Assembly (NCBI RefSeq): GCF_963853765.1
Contig: NC_088853.1
Coordinates: 21,948,001 to 22,012,000 of the forward strand
Reading direction: 5' to 3'
DNA from: Magallana gigas
Lineage: Eukaryota
DNA length: 64,000 bases
Shown: positions 36,101 to 47,772 of the stretch, piece after piece
Layout of the letters: every line of letters starts with the position of its first letter
How positions within the stretch are numbered: the stretch's first letter is position 1
Made by a program: the position numbers and the translations under genes
Notes under the pieces: model-generated
Database searches by the model: none
What the model was told of the DNA's origin: nothing
The model's input: only the letters and a program-made list of their open reading frames with translations

Positions 36101-39100
36101 AATATGGTTCTAAATTAACGTTAGTTTTGAAATATATATTTCGAACAGACAAAAACTGATATGTCTTTTGGCACGTGAGTTTAAATTTACCTGCATGCTG
36201 ACGGATAGAGCCTCAGAGTCTCACAGAAAACTCTCTCTAGATACTCCAGTTTCTGGACATTGTCGTAGTTAGGTGGCTCCTATCAATGTATGTTAGCCAA
36301 GTCGTATGAAAGTGAATAGCGATCGTTTTGCATGCGTTTCGCTCGGGTGACATAACAAACAGTCAGTTCTAATTTTCGTATTGTAAAAAAGTATCCATAT
36401 TTGTAAAAAAAATTTTGTGCTCATATTTGTTTAAGAAATGAAATCATAGATTGCAATAATTTATTGCATGATAATCAATACAATAGTGCGAGATCCGCAA
36501 AAATAACAGACCTTGCCCATAATGGCGTCTATTTCTTCGATGAGTTTTTCTTGACAGTCGGGGTGAGTGGCCAGATTGTAAGCAGTAAAGGCCAAGGCAT
36601 TGGACGTGGTGTCGTATCCCACCAACAGAAAAAGAATAGAATTACCCACAATCTCATCCATAGTAAGGCCTACAAATCAATAAAATCTTGGAAACCATGT
36701 GTAAAGTGAAATTCACTTACATTCTAAACTTCACTTTAATGAAGCTGTATGGTGAACAATTTCATCATTAGATCTGCCTTGAATTTTAAAATATGATATG
36801 TTGGGCTATAAACTATTATTAAAACTTCAAAAAATCTATGTATATTCGTTCGTTTTAAAATTGAACATTTCCTTTTTTGTACAGGGTTCTTTGCTTAAAG
36901 GAAGTAAACTTGGCCCAAAATGGCACGGGCCATCTAGTCCTCCTAATACCTTTTTACATACATATTTGACCACAAATTTATTATTATCACGTATTCATGT
37001 AATTGCTATTAGAAAGATTTTAAACTTACTTCTCGTTTTCCATTGGTTTTCATCTCCTTCGTAGCTATGAATGTTTTCGGACTCATCGACGCCTGTGTCA
37101 TGATGTGCATTTAACATCAGCTGCAGCAGGTCCACGGGTTTCTTGTAACAAAAATTCCAGATCAAAATCAACACAATCGCAGCAGTTTTACCTAAATTAC
37201 CATTACAGTTAAACAACGGTAGCGCAATCACCCTTATATCCAATTGTATTTTTAAACTGCGAACCAGAAGAATTTGCTGGAATGTTTCATACTTTATTCC
37301 GTAAGATTGAATTATTTAAAAATACAAGTTTAATGTGGAATCCTTTCTAAACCATAAAATCAGATAAAGCCAGTGATTTTCCCCAGTCTCCTTAATGCTA
37401 ATCGAACAAGAGCCATTGCCCCCCCCCCCCCCCCCCACCCCACACACACACACACCTGGGCGTTACATTAACCCATCGCAGTTTAACCCCAAATCCAACT
37501 ATATGGACTGAGACTATGTAGATAAAGTAATTGTCTGTGGACGCGTAAAACACACAAAACAACATCAATTGACCACATCAGCGTTTGAACTAGTTGCCTT
37601 TATCTTAGTGACCTATGACCGATGATCCATGTGCTTTGCAATTTCTTACAATCTCTATTTAGCATTTTTTGTAAACAAATATTAGAGTTACACGTACTGA
37701 AATCATTTTTAAGGAAATGAAATCTGAATTTGAATCACATTGCACTTCTTATAGCAAATATTGTGGTTTAAAAATTAAAATCACTTCATCTTGTACATTA
37801 AGTGGTGTTCTCTATTTTATAAAGGTGTTGTACTTGAAACTATATATTCGTTCTCTCACATTGCTGTCTTCCATCCTTTGATCGACAGCTCGCTTGACAA
37901 CACGCCGGAAGAATGACAGAATCTCCAGTCGATTGAAAGGTGACATTCCAAGCCAGTATAGCAAGGTATCAATTTTTGGAAATATCACTAAAGCATAAAG
38001 AAGAGAAAAAAATATGTTACTCCCAAATATAAAGAATGTCTAAGAAATTATGAAAACAAAATGAAAAATATATTGTCATTTCTTTTTATGTCTGGTGGGA
38101 TCTTCCATTCACCCACATTTAAAGAAATATGAAATAGGAGATCAGAAGATCAATGCATGTACATTATTAACTTGTCATGATATAATTATTTACAATGGTT
38201 TTTGAGCACTACATGAGAATCTAAGAGGTCATATTATTTAAAAAGACAAGAATGTTTTAACTTACGAATTAGTATCAAAATCGGAGTAAAGGAAATGTTT
38301 AAGAATTTCTTAGTATATTTGACAAAATCATTGTCCGGATTTTTTTGAGAGTCGATATCCATTCCAAAACCTGTAGAGGCGATGACATCCAATGTATAAG
38401 CGCCAAAAACACTGAAAAATATTTTTGACAGTTACAATTATTGAATGTGAAGGTGAATCTTTTTTTCACAAAATTTAATGACATTTTAAAGTTATAACTT
38501 ATGTGAAATAGAAAGGGCACTGTATTTCTTTTGTCGGCACAGAACAAAAATTATTTAAAAAGTCAATTGTCATTTTACAAAATTACTTTTTTATTTTGCA
38601 TGGTTTGTCTCATGACATCTAAAACAAACAAGAAATTTTGATAGATATCGTGTAAGGGTATAATCATTCTGTTGGTCGTAAATTCTATATCTAATATTGT
38701 TTTAAAGTGGACAAAAGAAGAAAACAGAAACAATGCATCATACTTATAATTGAATAGATTCAGCATATAGAGGTAGACACTTAATTTCCCACCAAAAAAA
38801 TGAGGATCTAATTTGTGCAAAGTACACTAGAACACATGTCTTTGCCATTTAACCACGTTGATGTTAATATCTAGCCACCTCCCATTTAAATTTGAACAGT
38901 GCCATAGCCGATATCACTTAGTCTAGGAACATAAATAGTAATGTCATGAAAGTATTATTTGTAGCAAGAGAAATAGTTAGTGTTTAAAAAAAAGACTGCG
39001 TAATGATAGCTATTACGTGTGTACGTAGAACGTACTCTTTGAAGTCTATTGGTTTTCCTGTTTTGGCCCTTTCCGTCAAGTTGTCTAACAGTTGTTCATA

Positions 39101-39806
39101 TTTGGCTTTAAACAACGGCTCCATCTGAAATGCATGCATCTCTTATGTGTTTTTTTTTCTGTACAGTACAAAGTCAAAGTAGTTTAGAAATGGAATTTTT
39201 AGTTTACTGCAAGTATACTGAACAGGTTTTGACATCAGATTATATGAATAAAAATATTTCATTGATATTCCACTGTTTTCTATTGTATATTAACCCTTTA
39301 CTGCATACATGTATACTGTATATTGAGTCAACCCTCACACAGTTTTATCAAAGGAGATATATTTTAATACATTTAAATTTGTCTCGTTTTAAATTCGACC
39401 AGTAAATGGGATCTAGTATTTTCACAAATAAGGTAGAAGTTGCACAATCACTGCAGTTAACGACTGGTTTATCAATCATTACATATAAAAGCAGTAATAA
39501 TGAAAAAGGTACCATTCTCATTTTGCCGGAAGAGAATGTCGGTAGAAGAGTGTTTCTAAGGAACCGCCATTGGTCATCGTCGGCATTTAGGAGTGAATAT
39601 TTCATTTCATTTCTCGGTAAGAATGTCTTCTACAAAACACATAAGAATTTTGCACGCAATACATGTACTGTTGATACAATTCAACATATAGTGTCCCACA
39701 TTTTATTTTAGTTAACATTGGTGTAAACATGCCAACATGCATTTGTTTGTTGTATGAATCTTCACATATATTACTCAATCTGTTCATTCAACATACCCAT
39801 ACTTTT

Positions 39807-39864
<58 letters not shown>

Positions 39865-41874
39865 AGACTTACAGGGCGGTTTGGTGTTCTTGAGAACTCT
39901 TTCACCATAATGGCTTTGATTGTGTTAGGGTTGGAGACTAGCAACAAGGGGCGGTGTCCCATATATACTCTGTAAAACATCATAAGCAATACAATTGACG
40001 ATGCAAATGAACATGCCGAAAGCCATTAAGACTTAAAGAAGACACAATCGAAAACACCGAAAGCAAAAAAAGACCTTAAACAAATCACAGCTATCCCAAC
40101 AGAAAGAAAGAGGAGAAAACTAGTACATTTTTAACAGCTCAAATTTAAATATAAGTGTTGTGTCATAAGTGCCAATCAAATGCTTCAGATTTAATCAGCT
40201 CTTTACGAATACTAAGGGCAATGGCATCTAGATTTTAAACTTGAAGATTTGAAATGGTCCATACAATGTTTAATGTAATTAACATGTAGTAATTACTTGC
40301 CCCACTATATCACCATACGTCCTTGCAAGTTCTTGGTCTGTAAGAGCAACGCCCTGCAAAATGTAGATACACATGTACGTGTATATAGAAATCGGCTTAA
40401 TTTAAAAATAAATCATTATATGTTTATCTGTTCATTTGATAAACATAACATATTATATATTCAAAAACTAATCGAAGAATAGTAAATTCGGAAATAAATC
40501 AAAAAAAAATTGTATAACATTTTTTTTTTGCCATAAACTGTAGTTTACCAAGGGGAAGATTCATTTATCTTGGCATGAAGATTGCATATTTTACTTTATG
40601 CTTATATAAAACTAGTTTTTTAAAAGTAGATTAACATTTTAAAAATGACAACGACCATAGTGTTCTCGGTAGTTTTCTTTGTAATATCTGTCTTCATTCT
40701 GTATTCTTTACTCATCATATCCTTACCGTCCTTCTGTATTTCGGTGAAATTCCTACGAATGGTGTTGGCAAGGGACCGGGAATTCCGTACTTCCGAAACA
40801 AACTGTGCTTCCATCTGGAATACCTGAAACTCAATAAAGCCTAACTGTTTTCCTTACTTGTAAAATACGACAAACATCATCTTTTTTTCTGTTCAGGTTA
40901 CCTATTCAATTTTGAAATTTGAATAGTATTTTTATGAGGTAATATGGATTTGACTTTATGGCTCAAAATGAACTGCATAAAAACGCTTTACCTCATTCTT
41001 GAGATCGAATTCTTTTTATAGTGATTTCTTGCATATTAATGAAATGACATTGAGTTGAATAAATAACTTTATGCATTGTAATAATTTTCATAATTATATT
41101 ACTATGTCATAGTCTTTCATGCTCACCATTTATTATCATATGGTGTTAAGAACAAACACATCGCTCAGATTGATTTACAAATCAAATTGTATGAGTGGTC
41201 AAGGTCAAGTTTAAGAATGATTCACGAAAAATGAAAAAAACCCACCTGTTTTACAGTTCTTAAACCATTTATTATTCTTTGGTGTTAAGAACAAACACAT
41301 CGCTCAGATTGATTTACATATAAAATTGTATGAGTGGCAATGTCAGGTTAAGAATGATTCATGAAAAAACACCCACCTGTTTTTACAGTTCTTAAAAACA
41401 TTAAAAGGGCATGGTCACGGTTAGTTTTTGATTTCTTTCTTCACTTTAAATGTTAACGTCTAGAATGCTGAACTAAAGCTCATGTATTTCAAATAATCAC
41501 CAAGTTTTTACCGTCAGTTTTCAACAAATAAGTTAGACACATACCTCTTATTTCTTTGTTATATGGACAAAGCTCGTGTTATGTTTACGTTAAGTCACGG
41601 GTGAGTATAATTTGTAAACTCATAATGCCATTTGTCTCAGTGTATAAGTATGATTCATGCACATTTTTACTGTCTACGTTCATTTTAAGTAGGTCACTCT
41701 AGGCAGATAAAAATTTGGGTTGCTTGAATATAGTTCATTGACGATATTAACACAGCAATAGAAATTTTGTGTTTTAAAGAAATAAAGAAAATAAACTCAC
41801 AGATATGCTAACATACACAGCGAGATACAAACTAATATCCAGTCGTTGAAATACAATTTGCCCAACGTCTCCAT
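33117..41874 (-). CDS. Cytochrome P450, CYP3 clan (CYP3A-like), 14 coding exons, 1539 nt, 512 aa, apparently intact
   Basis: Exons: 41874-41801, 40823-40727, 40353-40301, 39969-39873, 39629-39513, 39124-39036, 38411-38266, 37987-37860, 37141-37030, 36669-36512, 36279-36191, 35888-35751, 35093-34931, 33194-33117. Motifs: N-terminal anchor, [23 protein letters not shown] (I-helix), [19 protein letters not shown] (heme). Phases are consistent with no stops. Confidence 0.95.
33300..33658. mobile_element. Partial TTAA-AGGG (Kolobok-like) MITE in the last CYP intron
   Basis: Ends aaaattgtgaccatgcccct|ttaa (33654). The interior is the reverse complement of 60817-61035. Confidence 0.75.
34781..34847. 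repeat. Degenerate heptamer tandem repeat (TCGAATC)n, about 9 units
   Basis: ttgaatc tcgaatt tcgaatc ttgaatc tcgtata tcgaatc tcgtatt ttgaatc tcgaatc. Confidence 0.8.
41142..41402 (+). repeat. ~138-bp tandem duplication in CYP intron 1
   Basis: ggtgttaagaacaaacacatcgctcagattgatttaca...cccacctgtttt(t)acagttcttaaa occurs twice. Confidence 0.85.
41401..41780 (+). mobile_element. Degenerate TTAA-AGGG (Kolobok-like) MITE in CYP intron 1
   Basis: ttaa|aagggcatggtcacgg start; internal acaaagctcgtgttatgtttac motif. Confidence 0.6.
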
Positions 41875-42128
41875 TTTGTGTGATTTATAATCCCAAGAAA
41901 AGGAAATCAAAGTATATTCGTCGTCTGCAAAAGCTAGTATTATTCTCGACCCACTGATATCAAAACAGAAAATTTAAAGGAGGGAATGTCTATGTGTGCA
42001 CAATGCATAACACTCAACTATACTTAAAGATAGCGAACATTAACTAAGCAAACCGACGACGATGTTTTTCACATTATGAAAACGGTTTATTTTTCAAGCA
42101 TTTATTAATTTATGATGTTTTTGACCTC

Positions 42129-42644
42129 AAGGGACTTGGACACGATTTAAGATCAAACATTTTATTTTTATTTTTTATGTATAGAATAGTTAACTGGTGC
42201 ATTTTAAATGATTGACCAAAATATTGAATGTTAAAGTCAAGTTACAAGCGAGATACAGAGGTAAGAATTGGTTGTTATGTAAACAAAGCTCGAGTCTTAT
42301 AGTTGTTTACAAAAAATTTAATGTAGAAAATTACCATTTCTTAGACAAAATGACATGTAAAAAACAATTTAAACTAATTCAATATCTTTAACAATACTAT
42401 TATCAACAAAAGAAAAATACATTTGACTAAAACTTACACCAATTCAACACATATGTAAAAAATGACAATATTGAGCTTTTTTTACAAAACAAAAAAATTA
42501 TGAACTCTTTTTCTTGCTTATAATTTGATATTTAACTTTCAAATTTTGACATAGCATAATAAACTTCTATATTTATCAGTAGAAACATTTAAAATGGATA
42601 AATAAAATTTGAAAAATTTAAGTCAAATCGTGTCCAAGTCCCTT
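42129..42644. mobile_element. ~516-bp MITE (Kolobok-like family) ~250 bp upstream of the CYP start codon
   Basis: Perfect 20-bp TIR AAGGGACTTGGACACGATTT / AAATCGTGTCCAAGTCCCTT; interior similar to 60668-61151. TTAA TSD not preserved. Confidence 0.8.
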
Positions 42645-44279
42645 TCTCATCATTTTGAAGGCAATGCTTTCCAAATCCTTTCCCACTACCATTACATTAA
42701 ATATAAGAAAAAAAGAACGATGATTTAGTAAAGAGGACATTACGAATAGAAATTGCTCTGCGCTAGGCTTGTTTTCAATGATGCGCTTACGCAAGAACAT
42801 TCACAATACTATCCAGCCATGTCCAAAGGATTAATCGCTTACGTTTGTTTTCTGCAACACATGTTAATATTGTTTGACCTCAGAATAGCTGATTAATAAT
42901 TGAAACAAAACAACAATATGAAGTATCGTGTTGTGCAAGTTCATTGTCTAATTAGTAATCATGACTTTGTATATAGTTCATTGACTTGAGGGGAGTAGAC
43001 TATATATATTAAACTATAAATGTAATGTTGGCAAAACATATGCAAAAACACAGCGCTTGTGTAGTGTAGTTGTTCATTACATGTACTATACATTCTTTTA
43101 TGCACGAATGTGATAAGTAGTTATGAGGTTTGTCTGTTGACTTATCTTTCAAAAGCCTGTTTTCATAAATTTTAAAAAATTGCTATTTAAACCATTTGAT
43201 TTGACATTTTTTAAAGATACATTAATCTTCTACATGTACAATACAATGAAATAAATATACGTTAATATTTTGACTCAAAATTACAAACAATTGTGTATCT
43301 TGAATTGTTATGCAACATTATCTCATAATTATTATCCTGTTTATACTTCAAGAACCGTCTTACTATAAAAATTCCATAATTTCGTTGTAATAAGTTATAA
43401 AACATATTTTATCATTGTATTTAAGGAAGACGAAACCAATTCGATTTGCGCAGATACATTGCACATATAAAAATTCATATTTAATTATAAAACATTTGTT
43501 TTGATAAATTTAATCATTTCTTTTATTCTTATGTATAAAAAAAAATTAAAAATGTTATTATATATCAAAAGAATATAATTGCATATTTTGTCTTTGTCAA
43601 TAAATATGCTCCTTGATAGACATTTTATTAATCTAATTTCTTGCACGAATGTCTCAATTATTTGGTCTGCATATCCACCGCGTCAGAAAAACAGGAGTTA
43701 ATGCACAATCTTGCAGACACATGCCTCCATAAAGCTAAGGGGTCATTGAAAGCAAGGTTAAAAGTTACATAACAGTAGGTAAGGATCACCAGTTACTCCA
43801 TCTCTTGATACAACAAATGAGGACATGTGCATCGTGTTTCTGCATCGTGTTTCTGCGATTTGCATGTCTGGAAATTTTTTGACTAATCTAAAATAAACGA
43901 TAGCTATAATTGTTTGTTAGAACTTTCTCCTTGGGTCTTACCGCAAGATCATTGTTAAATCATTTTCGCAGAGTGACATGATATTCATTTACAAATATTT
44001 TATTGATATGGAGTTATCTTATATCCCTTTGGCATTTATCGTTTTCTTAAACAGAAAACGTAACGAAAATCCCACTGACATTTTTTGTTAAGAAATGTGG
44101 TGTCAAAAAATAAAGTTAAAAGGAAAAATACAATTTTTTAAATAAAAAATACCAAAATATTTACAGCAGACTACATGTTCATTTACGTGAAAGTCAAGAG
44201 TTGGAAATATAATGGAATATGACAATTACAAACTGTCAATCATCTCAAAAATCCGTAAAACGAATTACAAATTCAAAGC

Positions 44280-44562
44280 AGAGCAACACGGACCTCTAAA
44301 AAAAATAGAGGTAGGATCAGGTGACTAGGGGAGTAAGATTCCTCTGCAGGCAGATCACATTTGCCGTGCGCCCAATGTCATATAGGTAAAAATGTATTTA
44401 TCGGGAAAAATGTCGTAATTTGGGTAAAATATCATGATCGGGATAAACCGAGGAAATCCGTGGACAATTCGTCACTCAATCAATAGTCCACAGAAGAGCA
44501 ACCACGGACCTCTGGAAAACCCCTGAGGCAGGATCAGGTGCCTAGGAGGAGTGAGCATCCTT
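44280..44562 (+). repeat. Two degenerate copies of a short interspersed (SINE-like) motif
   Basis: agagcaac(c)acggacctct...gagg(t/c)aggatcaggtg(a/c)ctagg(g)gagt(a/g)ag at ~44280 and ~44495. The classification is from resemblance only. Confidence 0.4.
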
Positions 44563-45169
44563 TAAACATGTTTTAAAAAGATGTTATCTCAGAATGTGAA
44601 ATGTATGCATGATAAAGCATAAAATCAGAACAAGAACATTTAAATGTCACTGGTCTATGAAAAAAAATACATTACAATTTGCTGTTTAGCCGAATTCGGA
44701 TGACGGTGTTTTAGACCACACGAAACTAAGTCAAGAAGTTTTCATGTAAGCAAACTTATGTAACCTTAATTATTACGATTATTACTATATCATTAAATAC
44801 TCGTTACCTATATATTAAGGGGCTTTAAAACAATGTTGTTCGTGTATAATATGGGATGATGTCTACACAGATTTAAGAATTTGTTGTTCTTAAGCAATAT
44901 GAGATGCCATACTTGCCATACTAATTTTTTATTGCAAGATTTATTTTATTGTGTAAATAATAGTAAAAAAAGCTTATTTATAGAATCTAATTTAATTAAA
45001 CTAACATTACCGTCGTCATGCACAAAATGTGTTATATCTCTTTTAAGTATAGAATATTTGACTTCAGTTGATACATTTAATCATTCATTTTATTTTTACA
45101 GCAAAATAAAATTATTACAATTACAGCTTAGTTTGCTCTAAGTACACATTCAAAAACTTTTTAGTTCAA

Positions 45170-47738
45170 ATGGCCCTAGAAGGGAAGACAGCGCTCGTGA
45201 CCGGGTTCGCTGGAGCCATTGGATCAGTCATCGCAAAGACCGTAGCGAATGCCGGATGTGACGTTATTGGTATAGATAGAGTGAAACAGGAAAATGCTCA
45301 ACAGTCCATTGATGAGATCAAAGCTGGGTAAAAATGCACAGTCACTGTATGTAAGCTATTTTATATTGTTGACCTTCTATATTTTTTATTTAATGAAATT
45401 CCAGTCATTTTATGTTTTTTTTACAGAAGTAGAAAAGATATCAGTTACTTTGAATGTGACCTTTTAAAGAAAGAAAATGTCAAACAATTTTCTCTGGAAA
45501 TAAAGTCTAAAGTTGACATTATAGTTAANNNNNNNNNNNNNNNNNNNNNNNNNNNNNNNNNNNNNNNNNNNNNNNNNNNNNNNNNNNNNNNNNNNNNNNN
45601 NNNNNNNNNNNNNNNNNNNNNNNNNNNNNNNNNNNNNNNNNNNNNNNNNNNNNNNNNNNNNNNNNNNNNNNNNNNNNNNNNNNNNNNNNNNNNNNNNNNN
45701 NNNNNNNNNNNNNNNNNNNNNNNNNNNNNNNNNNNNNNNNNNNNNNNNNNNNNNNNNNNNNNNNNNNNNNNNNNNNNNNNNNNNNNNNNNNNNNNNNNNN
45801 NNNNNNNNNNNNNNNNNNNNNNNNNNNNNNNNNNTCTTTTGTGTATCTTTTCAAGGTCGATTAACGGTTGACAAAGTAGAAGATATAACAGACGAGGACT
45901 GGGATGAAGATATTGGAATCAATTTGACCGCCCCGTTTCTAGTTATCAAGCAGTTTCTCGGTTCTATGAAAGAGCAAGGTAGTAGAATATATTCAAAACA
46001 AAGTGCCTAATATAGATTTGCCTTTCTTCAGAATGATTACTTATAACCTATTGAGTTTTTTTTTTGGTTGCATATGGTATGAAGAAAATGAGAGGCACAT
46101 GCGACTGATGTTTCTTACTTTACTACCTCCTTCTAGTTGACAAACATGTAATATAACGCATTCTATAAGCCGAGCCGTATGCTATAAATTATGTTAAAAA
46201 CTTGATTTTTACATCATTTATTAACATTTACATGTAGGATTTAAAATAAAATTGATATGTTTTAAAAAAAAAATATTTCTACCTGCTATTTATCCTTTAG
46301 GTTGGGGCAGAATTATAAACATTTCCTCCACTTGTGGACTTGTGGCCCGGCCCTCAATGTCAAGCTACGTTGCCTCAAAGACAGGATTGGTTGGCCTCAC
46401 GAGGGTAAAGTTGATTCATGAAGTTAAGTTAAACTACATGGGCTTAATTATTCAAACATTAACAGATTTAAAAAAAAATAAAAATAAATAATAATAATAA
46501 CAAGTGGCCCATGGGCAACATCGCTCACCTGAGAAATAATAGGTATGATAAAATCAGCTAAATGGAGTCATAATACAAACTATCTGGACAATGTACAATA
46601 ATACATGTAGATTCTGTATAAATAAAATCAATTTTTCCCCTGGATACTCTTATGTTTATAATCATTAGTCCCTTTTCTAACAGAACAATTTTATAGTCAT
46701 ATCATATGGTGAGTATTACAGTTCTCAAAAAGATCCTTTACAATAGTTTATATATGGGATATAAACCTATATCAAACTCTGAACCTTCTTGTGAGGCCAA
46801 AGAACTGTCCTGGGGCCACAGTCTCAACAATTATAGAGAATCATCTGGCTGATTAGTTTCTGAGAAGAAGATTTTTAAAGATTTACTCTATATATTCCTA
46901 TGTTAAAGTTCGACCCCCCATTGCGGCCCCATTCTACCCTCTGGGGTTATGATTTTCACAACATTGAATCAACACTACCTGAGGATGCTTCCACACAAGT
47001 TTCAGCTTCCCTGGTCTTATGGTTCATGAGAAAAAGATTTTTAAAGAATACTCTGTATATTCCTCTGTAAAATTTCGATCCCCATTGTGGCCCCACCCTA
47101 TCCCCGGGGGTCATGATTTTCACAACTTTGAATCTAACTACTGAGGATGCTTCCACACAAGTTTCAGCTTTCCTGGCTGATTAGTTTCTGAGAAGAAGAT
47201 TTTTGAAGATTAACTCTTTATATTCATATGTTAAATTTCGACCCCCATTGTGGCCCCACCCTACCCCCGTGGGTCATGATTTTCACAACGTTGAATTTAC
47301 ACTACACGAGGATGCTTCCACACAAGTTTCAGCTTTCCTGGCTGATTAGTTTCTGAGAAGAATATTATTAAAGATTGACTCTATAAATTCTAATGTTAAA
47401 CTCTGACCCCCCATTGTGGCCCCACCCTACCACCGTGGGTCATGATTTTTACAACTTTGAATCTACACAACCTCAGGATGCTTCCACACAAGTTTCAGCT
47501 TTGCTGGCTGATTAGTTTCTGAAAAGAAGATTTTAAAGATTTACTCTTTATATTCCTATGTTAAACTTCGACCCCCCATTGTGGCCCCACCCTACCCTAC
47601 CCACACAAGTTTCAGCTTTCCTGGTTCATGAGAAGAAGAATTTTGAAAATTTCTCGAAAATTTTCATAAATTTTTAATTTTCTCCCTTTGCAAAAGGGCG
47701 TGGTCTTTAATTTTCACAACTTTGAATCCCCTTAGGCT

Positions 47739-47772
<34 letters not shown>

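Noticed and set aside
42770-42850. Alternative CYP exon 1 ending GC|gtaagc
   Set aside because: No in-frame ATG; 41874-41801 provides a proper Met, a hydrophobic anchor and the right phase.
46900-47600. CRISPR-like periodic array
   Set aside because: Whole ~165-bp units are similar end to end, with no unique spacers or cas genes, in a eukaryotic intron. It is a satellite core.
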